NCBI GenBank assembly: GCA_043228905.1
Contig: JBHGNT010000700.1
Location: 1-17,379, forward strand
DNA: 17,379 bases
Source of the DNA: Azolla caroliniana
Lineage: Eukaryota > Plantae > Polypodiophyta
Direction of reading: 5' to 3'
Shown: positions 9,457-17,379 of the stretch, piece by piece
How the letters are laid out: every line of letters starts with the position of its first letter
Position numbering within the stretch: the stretch's first letter is position 1
Position numbers and translations under genes: made by a program
Notes under the pieces: model-generated
Databases searched by the model: none
Seen by the model: the letters and a program-made list of their open reading frames with translations, nothing else
Told to the model about the DNA's origin: nothing

Positions 9457-10896
9457 ATGGAGTCGGAAGACGACGACCTTGCGGAGATGGTGGCCAAAGT
9501 GGTGTTGGAGTCGGCACGAGTGGTGATGAGGCGAGAAGCAGCGCAACAAGCGGTTGAGCGAGTGGTCGAAAGAGTCGGCCGTTTCAACGGGGACAAAGTC
9601 CCATCTTACTTGGAAGCCTACAACGCGGAAATGGAGGAGCGTGGCGTAGACGAGGTGTTGAGGCTGGAGTTCTTCTGCCGGGTCGTAGCTGTCTGGATGC
9701 ATGCGGAAGTAAAGGAGCTCCGTGAGGCTCATAGTTCGTGGGAGGCCTTCGAAGAGGCGCTCTTGAAGGCATACAGAGGACGACGGAAGAGTCGGGGACA
9801 GCACGACTTCGACCAATGAGTAGCATCGGCAAAGAACCACCAGGGCACGATGAAGGCATTCCGAGAGTTTGAGCGACGGCTTGCTCGGCTCCCAGAGCGG
9901 GAACAAGGTTTGGTGGGGGCGGACAAGGTCCTATTGTTCGTCAGGTCGATCGACCGAGCAGAACGGGAGGCCATCGGGATTGAGCTCGAAGACGATGATG
10001 GAGTGAATGGGCTTACGGAGGATTGGTCGAAGGTCGGAAGGGTGTGCCAACGACTAGATGATGAGCGAGCCGAGAAGGCTAAGAGGAAGGGACGCGACGG
10101 CGTGCCATCACAACGGGAAGAGGCCGAACGACAAAGAGAGTCGGCAAGGGTCGGCGTTGGGGCTAGGATTGCGGAGGCGTATGCAGCTCTTGAGGCGATG
10201 CTCGAAGAAGAGGAAAGACGGAGGCTGCAAGCCGAGACTGAGTAGACGGACTTGCCCCACGCGACGACGGAAGATCGGTACGACGGTACCACGGGAGAGG
10301 GTGCGGAACGAAACGCCCTCTCGACTTGCGGAGATAGAACGGCCAAGGACGAGGCCGAGATACACATCGCGGAACTGGAACGTTGGGACCAACGGTTTTG
10401 GGCGTGTCATCCCGAGATCCCGGTCATTGGAGAAGCAAGCCCAGACGGGGCTTGCGCGATCGGTAAGAAGACGACCGCCGACCACGAAGAGTCGGTGGCT
10501 ACGGACAAGGGCGTAAAACGGACGGGCGATTCTTTGTGTCTTCCCACACTTGCTCCCGAGACGATGACAGTCGGGCTTGAGTGCCCACGTGAGTCCCAAG
10601 CGGAGGAAGGCGGCGGCGATAGACCAAGAATCACCGGCGAGACGATACGGAGAAGGAGCGGACGAAAGCCCACGGACCCGATTCTGGAGAACTTGGCATT
10701 CGGGCCCGTATGCCCATGCAAGACTGAGGAGATGGATGGCGGTACCAAGGAGTCCTGGCACGATGCCAGCGAAGTCGGATGGGAAACGACCTGCGAGGAG
10801 GCCGAGGACGGACGTGGCACGAGGAGATCGGCATTCCGATACGGGTGGAGCGTAATCCGGTCGTGGATCGTTCGATCGGGGCCGGATTCGGCATGA
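9457..10896 (+). pseudogene. Gag-like ORF (480 codons) with a long low-complexity extension and two in-frame stops
   Basis: ORFs 9457-9819, 9850-10245 and 10252-10896 are all in one frame, broken by TGA (9817-9819) and TAG (10243-10245). Starts 15 nt after the PBS. Capsid-like motifs GRFNGDKVPSYLEAY, SWEAFEEALLKAY and LTEDW. No CCHC knuckle seen. Confidence 0.75.
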
Positions 10897-11292
10897 AAGT
10901 GCTGATACGGAAGGGGGTGCGGGACGAGCCGCCCTCTTTTACATGGGGAGAAAGACCGACCGGGCGAAGGTCGAGATTTGGAATGAGAATGAAAGCCGGT
11001 CCTATGGGATTCCTTACACCGATCCGGCTGCAGGCTCGAGTGCTGGTGTGAGTCCTATAAGAGAGATCGGTGGCGACAGGAGAACGAGACTCGGCAATCC
11101 GGAGAAGGACGAACGGACCTGGACGAGAACCGGGCGGAGCAGACTCCTAGATGACCATTCCGGGAGGGAGGAAGAGAGCAGGCCTACGAAGAGGCCGAGG
11201 ACACGGTACGTCAGTACCACGGGAGAGGGTGCGGAGTAAACCGCCCTCTCGGCATGCGGAAAAGGACGACCCGAGACAGGGCCGGGAAGACA

Positions 11293-11640
11293 GATCGGCG
11301 GCCTACGGAGGATCCTTCACACCGGTTCTAGAGACTTCGGCAGTCGGCAACGCGGTCGACGTAAGACCAAGATACTGACGGTGGCGGCGAGGTGACGAAG
11401 GCAAGGGCTACGGATCGGCGGCCTACGGAGGATCCTTCACACCGGTTCTAGAGACTTCGGCAGTCGGCAATGCGGTCGACGTAAGACCAAGATACTGACG
11501 GTGGCGGCGAGGTGACGAGGGCAAAGGCTATGGATGGGTGGCCTACGGAGGATCCTTCACACCGGTTCTAGAGACTTCGGCAGTCGGCAATGCGGTCGAC
11601 GTAAGACCAAGATACTGACGGTGGCGGCGAGGTGACGAAG
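11293..11640. repeat. Tandem repeat, 120-bp unit x ~2.9
   Basis: GCCTACGGAGGATCCTTCACACCGGTTCTAGAGACTTCGG at 11301, 11421 and 11541. Confidence 0.97.
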
Positions 11641-11656
11641 GCTATGGGTGTAAGGA

Positions 11657-11973
11657 AGTCCGGTCCTACGGGATCCCCACACCAAACCGGAGACCCCGGT
11701 TGTTTGGTCAACGTGGCAATGTAAGACTGAGGGAGAAGGAAGGTGGCGGCGGGAAACGGGACCCGACTACGCGGAAGACACGAGGAGAGTCCGGGAGGGA
11801 CTCAAACAAAAGACACCCGAATTTCGGCAAGCATAGAAACGGAGTCCGGTCCTACGGGATCCCCACACCGAACCGGAGACCCTGGCTGTTCGGCCAACGT
11901 GGCAACGTAAGACCGAGGGAGAAGGAAGGTGGCGGCGGGAAACGGGACCCGGCTACGCGGAAAACACGGGGAG
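11657..11973. repeat. Direct repeat of ~130 bp at 186-bp spacing
   Basis: AGTCCGGTCCTACGGGATCCCCACACC...GGAAGGTGGCGGCGGGAAACGGGACCC at 11657 and 11843. Confidence 0.92.
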
Positions 11974-12992
11974 GTGTGTCAGGCCGGAAAGGCACACCTT
12001 GGACAGAACAAGAGTCTCGCAAGTGGCCATCGCGGGCCGGATCGAAGCGTGACTACGGGACAGTGTTTGGCGCGGGAAGGGCCGAACAAAGGAAGCGGAA
12101 GACGGCACAAGAAAGGTGCCGGGGACGAGGTGACAAGTGCCTAGTGGACTGCACAGGGTCGGAGTCAAGGGATGGCAAGAGAGGCCGGAAGAGGATCCTC
12201 CACACTCGCTTCGTAGGTCTCGGCAACTACGTCGAAGTAGCGAAGACTGACACGGCAAGCCCGGGGTGACAAGCAGGTGGGGCGAGGGGACGACGGCAAG
12301 CGGAAGACTCAGGACCTATTGTAGCAGCACGAAGACGGGAAGGGCCAAGCGGGCTACTACGGGGTGTTCCTCGGATGCAAAGGACACCGGTATGCGGGTG
12401 AGCGGCGGTGCGTGATCTGGCCGGGAAGGGGGCCGACAAGGCGTGCAATGAACCGGAGTACGGCACAGGCGGTGCCAAACAACGGACGAGGGTATGTGGT
12501 ACACGGAGGTGCCGGAGCGGAAAGGCGAGCGTGGAGAAGGCCGGAAAGGGATCCTCCACACCGTTCCGGAGACCATGGCTGTTCGAGCCGACGCGGCGAT
12601 GTAAGACCATGGAGAAGGAAGGTGGCGGCGAGAGGACGAGGGCAACGCGAAACGACATGGGACGGCAATCAAGACGACGCGAATGATCAACGGAGGCCAA
12701 GCGGGCCGCTACGGGCGTTCCTCAAACGGAGGACATCGGGCATACGACGGGAAGCGAGGCGTTCATACGGCCGAACAAGGTCCAGCGGAAGTACGCATAC
12801 TATGGGGATCGCGGCAGAGGACCCATCGACGGGTCGAACGAGCCTACGGGGAGGCAAGCGCAGAGGAAGAATCGAAGCCGACGGATCGAACCGGTAGCGA
12901 GCCGGGATGCGGATCACGGAAGACCGGTTTCTCGCCGGTCGAAATCTCTCACCCTTCAACCAGATTTGGCACGTACCGGTGGACGTGCAGTT

Positions 12993-13005
12993 AGGTGGGG
13001 GCGGA
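12993..13005 (+). other. Polypurine tract of the Gag-only element
   Basis: AGGTGGGGGCGGA immediately before the 3' LTR. Confidence 0.85.
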
Positions 13006-13612
13006 TGTCGTGAAGAATTTCGGCCAGAGGCGGAAACCGGGAAACATTGGCTACATCGGCGGGATGCAGCGTGTGTACGCACCCATGTACATTTTGTGTG
13101 AATATCGAGGGCGCCTTTATGGCGCCGAAGAGTAGTCAAGTCGGGGCAGACGATCCCATGTAAGTTGGGATTTGTCCCACATTGAAACGCATCCCTTTCC
13201 TTGTTCTATAAAAGGAAGGGAACGCCCTTTGTGAAAGGGTTGCCCATTTTGCATTAGAGGGTATACCGTTAGGTTTAGAGTTAGTTTCTTCTTCTTCTTC
13301 TTCTCCTTCGTGTTCGCTTAGGGTTTGCTTCAGCTCATCTCCTGCGCAAGACCCCGCTTGGCGCGACGAGCCCGTGAGCTCCCCGACCGGCGGCTTGGCA
13401 GCTGACGACTATTGTAACCTACCTTGGAACGGCTCAAAGCCGGGAATGTATTCTTTTGTTTATATATATATACATTTGCGTCTGTCTGTGTATATTCGCA
13501 TCTCTGTTGGTGTCGGGTGCTTCCCCTTTTCCTGCATTTCCTGTACATGAGGGCGTGAGTCGGGTCGGCATGTGTGTGTGTGTGTGCGTGCGTGTGCGTG
13601 AGTCGGTGTTAA

Positions 13613-13651
<39 letters not shown>

Positions 13652-13781
13652 TCGGTCGCTTCCTGTGTTCTTCTGGGATTCCCCTGGAACGGTGAAGCAC
13701 GACTTTCCACGCTCCATTACTCCCTAGTCCAAGACCCCTGTGGTCCCGCCTTTCTCCACGCACGCGCGTAACAACGCGACA
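13006..13781 (+). repeat. 3' LTR (776 bp)
   Basis: Copy of 8650-9419. The length difference comes from +10 bp in the (TG) tract and -4 bp in the (TC) tract. Confidence 0.97.
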
Positions 13782-13782
13782 A

Positions 13783-15811
13783 CGTATGCTGCGTACTCCC
13801 CCTCAAGCTTGGCAATGTAGATGTCGTGAGACCAAGGTCCGATGCAAATTGCCCGAGCTTGTTGACGCCTAGAGCTTTCTTGAAAATATCAGCAACCTCG
13901 AGGTGTGTACTGATGTGTTGTAGGTCGATCTCTCCGACCTGTACGTGCTCGCGGATGAAGTGGTAGTGGACCTCGATATGCTTAGTCCGCGCGTGGAATA
14001 CGGGATTCCGTGCTAGGTAGATACTACTCATGTTGTCGCAGTATAGGCGAATCGGATCCTTGATGGGTACGCCTAGATCCTTTAGTACGAAGACGGCTTC
14101 GCATGCAGCGACTGCTGCGCCCCTGTATTCGACTTCTGTGCTCGACAGTGCGACTGTCGACTGCTTCTTACTACTCCAGGAGATCGCTCCGCTACCAAGA
14201 GAGAAGACGAATCTGGATGTGGATCGCCTGTCCGCTTTATATCTTGCCTAGTCCGCATCTGTGTACCCTTCGAGTCGAATGATCACATTGGTCTTGTACA
14301 TAACGCCGTAGTCCATTGTCGTACTGACATACCGAAGTATCCTCTTAGCGTAGTCTAGATGAAGATTTCGCGGATTCTGCATAAACTGGCTAAGTAGGCT
14401 GACCGAATAACTGAGGTCGGGTTGTGTAGTGGTCAAATAGATCAAACTACCGATCAATTGTCGATACTGAGTCAGCTCGCTCTTAGCGGTTCCGGAATTG
14501 GCATCGATCTTGAGATTACAATCAAGAGGGGTAGACACAGGCTTGCACTTGGTCATTCCGAACTTGTAGAGTAAGTTGAGAATGTAGTGCCGTTGAGAGA
14601 TCATTATTCCGACTGGTGTCCGATTTACTTCAATACCTAGGAAGTAATGGAGCTCATGTAAGTCTTTCATTTCGCCAACCAAGAGACCCATCTATGTTTT
14701 CCTTGCAAATGCCGTAGGTGCCACAAGGGCTTCCTATCAAGCATTTGTCGTCAATAAGTTGCCATGTCTTTTCCCATGTGGACAACAAGGTATTCCAGAC
14801 ATAGATCCTCAGGTTTTCGTCAGGGTCTGATCGAAGAAGAGTTGCAGACATGGATGAATTTACTTTATATATTTTACCTCCATCTCCGGTAAGCCCCAAG
14901 GAATCTTTAGTCATATTCAATTGTGCAAATGCATAAACAAAATCTAAATTATGGGCACTATCAAATGCGTGTAAAGAAACATTTGGGTATTCATCAATAA
15001 TAAGGTAGAACCTTCCGGAAACATAGTTCGACTGAGATTTGACTTTGTTAATCCCGGTGAGATCCTTCCCATGACCAAATCGTCCACGTACAGGATGATG
15101 ATGATCAGGCTATCCGACTCATTTCGGATGTACAGAGAGGTGTCAGATTTTGACATCCGAAATCCGACTTGGTGAAGATACTGTGTGATCTTCGAGTGCC
15201 AAGCACGCGGTGCTTGTTTGAGGCCATAGAGTGGCTTCTTGAGTTGGCATACAGCTTGTGGATGCTTACGCGATTCGAATCCGGGTGGTTGTATCATGTA
15301 CACCTCTTCTTCTAACTCTCCTTGAAGGAAAGCATTTTTCACGTCCATCTGATGGAGGTGCCATCCCTTCACTGCGGCGAGTGCAATTACTGTCCGTACA
15401 GTTGTCATCTTTGCCACCGAGCAAAGGTTCCTTTGAAGTCTATGCCGTGCGTTTGCGCATAGCCTTTCGCAACGAGTCGTGCTTCGAAGCGATTTACGAA
15501 TCCGTCGGCATTGTATTTTACTTTGTATATCCATCTGTAGCCAATCGCTTTCTTGTTCGGGGGGAGAGGAACGAGATCCCATGTCTCGTTTTTGCATAAA
15601 GCTTCCATCTCCTCATTCATTCCGTTGACCCATAACGGATCCTTTGCGGCTTCGGAAAGCGTTTCCGGTTCCCGTACTGACGCTACTTTCATCATAAAAG
15701 CGTAGTGATACGCCATGTACTCGTCGTAGCTATAGCGGTTTACGAGGTTCTTCTCTCGGGTGGACCGACGTAGCTTTTCGTTCGCGGATTCTAAAACTTT
15801 CTTCACGCCGT
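13783..15811 (-). pseudogene. Decayed Ty1/copia reverse transcriptase and RNase H
   Basis: EP.TLSEA, NETWDLV, WIYKVK, ARLVAKGYAQ, LHQMDVKNAFL, LKKPLYGLKQAPRAW, LYVDDL, EMKDL..L.YFLGIEV, YRQLIGSLIYL, GYTDAD*, SWSSKKQ.TVALSSTE.EY, YCDN, HARTKHIEVHYHFIRE, SLRGS. Contains frameshifts, a stop and an internal insertion. Confidence 0.96.
14687..15033 (-). pseudogene. Captured fragment of a G-type lectin S-domain receptor-like kinase ectodomain (S-locus glycoprotein region plus start of the EGF-like domain)
   Basis: One open frame: SNYVSGRFYLII...LLRSDPDENLRIYVWNTLLSTWEKTWQLIDDKCLIGSPCGTYGICKE. This matches the SD-RLK pattern GRF.L...RLD.DGNLR.Y.W...W...W....C.....CG.YG.C. Flanked by GAGA at 14683-14686 and 15034-15037. 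Confidence 0.82.
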
Positions 15812-15976
15812 TGTCGTGATGTGGCGTGTTTAATGCGAGAAAAAGTGAAAATTTAAGGATACATGCACATTACACAAGTACTTGCAAAAATGAAAATAAT
15901 AATAAACAAACCTAGGACATGATGGCATTGAATGCATATTGAGGGTTTGAGTAAGGGGGGCTCAATAGGTGATAAT

Positions 15977-16591
15977 TGTCAAGAACTACACGCTCCCGAT
16001 GAACAACGCTTGGCCACAACCAAGCTTAGAATCAAACACAGAAAAACGGTAATGAACGCACGACACAATGAAGAGAAGAGTACACAGGATGTTAACGTGG
16101 AAAACCCAAACTAGGGAAAAAACCACGACAGCCCACAGATTGCAAACTATCACTATATCAGAATGTACAATAGTAGAGCACCGAGGCAATGACCTTGAGC
16201 TTGCTATCTTCGCCTCAGGCGGCGGTTACAACAGAGGCAACAACCTCTTCTTCTCTCTCTCTCTCTCTCTCTCTGTACACTGTTACGCGCTCTAATCTTG
16301 CGCCAACAAGAAAGACAACAACAACTTTCTAAGTTTGTCCGGGTACTTGTCATCCGGTTCTCACCGGGTCTTCCGTAGCCGGGTACTTGTCATCCGGTTC
16401 TCACCGGGTCTTCCGTAGCCGGGTACTTGTCATCCGGTTCTCACCGGGTCTTCCGTAGCCGGGTACTTGTCATCCGGTTCTCACCGGGTCTTCCATAGCC
16501 GGGTACTCCACATTCGGTTTCGGCCTCGGCCGAGTTTCCTCATCAGTATTGTTCTTCTGACTTCCCATCCGGAGGGACCTGTTTCCTAACA
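15977..16591. mobile_element. Solo LTR (615 bp) with 5-bp TSD ATAAT
   Basis: TGTCAAG...CCTAACA, with ATAAT at 15972-15976 and 16592-16596. The empty site GTGATAATCACC is present in LTR B near 17191. Confidence 0.92.
16339..16507. repeat. Tandem repeat, 40-bp unit x 4.2
   Basis: CCGGGTACTTGTCATCCGGTTCTCACCGGGTCTTCCGTAG; a single mismatch, in copy 4. Confidence 0.98.
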
Positions 16592-16829
16592 ATAATCACC
16601 ATCATCGTCATCGTCATCAATATAAAGTTCTTCTTATAATTATACTTCTATTGTTCATCTTCTTTCATCTTCAATACTTCTTATTGTACTTCTTATAATC
16701 ATCAATCTTTTGATGTTGTCAAGGGTAACATTGTTTCTCGATTACTTGGTAAACATCCTCCCTGGTCAGAGACCCCGGTGGTCCCGTTCGAGCAACACAC
16801 GCACGCACATCTTCGCGACATCTTTTTGA

Positions 16830-17379
16830 TGTCGTGATGTGGTGTGTTTAATGCGAGAAAAAGTGAAAATTTGAGGATACATGCACATTACACAAGTACT
16901 TGTAAAAATGAAAATAATAATAAATAAACCTAGGACATGATGGCATTGAATGCATATTGAGGGTTGCAAGTAGGATTTGAACCTTGCACGTCTAAGATAA
17001 AAGGCAATTATCATACCACTAAAGCTACTACTACATGCTTTAGATTTTGTTTATTTCTTCTCATATTCAATATTCCATAGGTAGCAAATAGACAAAACTG
17101 TGTACGTGAAACCATGGTTTTGTGCATGTCACAAGCATGGAGAGACCTATAAAAGCCTCTAGTTGGGCTTGAGTAAGGGGGGCTCAATAGGTGATAATCA
17201 CCATCGTCGTCATCATCATCAATATAAAATTCTTGTTATAATTATACTTCTATTGTTCATCTTCTTTCATCTTCGATACTTCTTATTGTACTTCTTATAA
17301 TCATCAATCTTTTGATGTTGTCAAGGGTAACATTGTTTCTCGATAACTTGGTAAACGTCCTCCCTGGTCAAAGACCTCG
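16830..17379 (+). mobile_element. LTR B of the second family (runs off the window; predicted end ~43 bp beyond it)
   Basis: Begins TGTCGTGATG, has TATAAAA near 17148, and aligns with LTR A on both sides of A's indels (about 13 substitutions in ~346 aligned bp by manual count). Confidence 0.87.

Larger units (their letters stand above)
8650..13781 (+). mobile_element. Complete non-autonomous LTR retrotransposon (Gag-only, TR-GAG/LARD-like), 5132 bp, 4-bp TSD ACGT
   Basis: Direct LTRs at 8650-9419 and 13006-13781 (TGTCGTG...CGCGACA), ACGT at 8646-8649 and 13782-13785, PBS and PPT present. No PR, RT, RH or INT motifs were recognised in the internal region. Confidence 0.95.
15812..16820 (+). mobile_element. 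LTR A of a second TGTCGTGA...CGCGACA family, carrying a solo-LTR insertion and a ~204-bp deletion
   Basis: Begins TGTCGTGATG where copia homology stops and ends TTCGCGACA. Collinear with 16830 onward. Its 3' end resembles the 3' end of the Gag-only element's LTR. Confidence 0.85.

Noticed and set aside
9817-10245. Programmed readthrough of the two in-frame stops in the Gag-like ORF
   Set aside because: Both are single transitions from sense codons (TGG>TGA, CAG>TAG), typical of methylation-driven decay. Reconsider only if they are fixed in the family consensus.
11293-12635. Repeat-plus-variable-linker pattern as a CRISPR-like array
   Set aside because: Eukaryotic LTR-element context, long degenerate repeats, irregular spacing, identical intervening sequence in the 120-bp units, and no cas genes.
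9355-13139. Numerous antisense and alternative-frame ORFs inside the Gag-only element
   Set aside because: Expected in GC-rich sequence with few stops; no domain motifs recognised.
13795-13806. GAGGGGGAG (minus) at the end of copia pol as the functional PPT
   Set aside because: It is not followed by TG or an LTR; after removing the insertion, the LTR-adjacent tract is at 8516-8524.
13717-14031. RNase H ORF with a novel C-terminal tail
   Set aside because: The tail is read-through into the inserted LTR after loss of the stop codon, and the upstream pol is already disabled.

Overview
Land-plant genomic DNA; the retroelement types suggest a non-seed plant such as a fern (inference). The left ~5.7 kb holds one intact host gene, an intronless ANTH/PICALM clathrin-assembly protein (1612-3561, minus strand). 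It is flanked by a degenerate 150-bp triple repeat, a large (ACATAT)n microsatellite and a ~460-bp tandem duplication. The remainder is a nest of retroelements. (1) A decayed Ty1/copia integrase fragment abuts a tRNA-like cassette. (2) A decayed Ty3/gypsy (Tf2/Tcn1-like) element has canonical heat-shock elements in its LTR. (3) A minus-strand Ty1/copia element is inserted into that gypsy integrase. (4) A structurally complete, young, pol-less LTR element (8650-13781) sits exactly in the copia stop codon; it has a 4-bp TSD, a tRNA-Trp PBS, a Gag-like ORF only, and an internal region built from repeats and conserved hairpins. (5) A 347-bp open-frame fragment of an S-domain receptor-kinase ectodomain is captured inside the copia RT. 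(6) Two head-to-tail LTRs of a related family are separated by only 9 bp; one carries a solo LTR, the other an antisense tRNA-like A/B-box cassette. All calls come from reading the sequence; no database searches were run.
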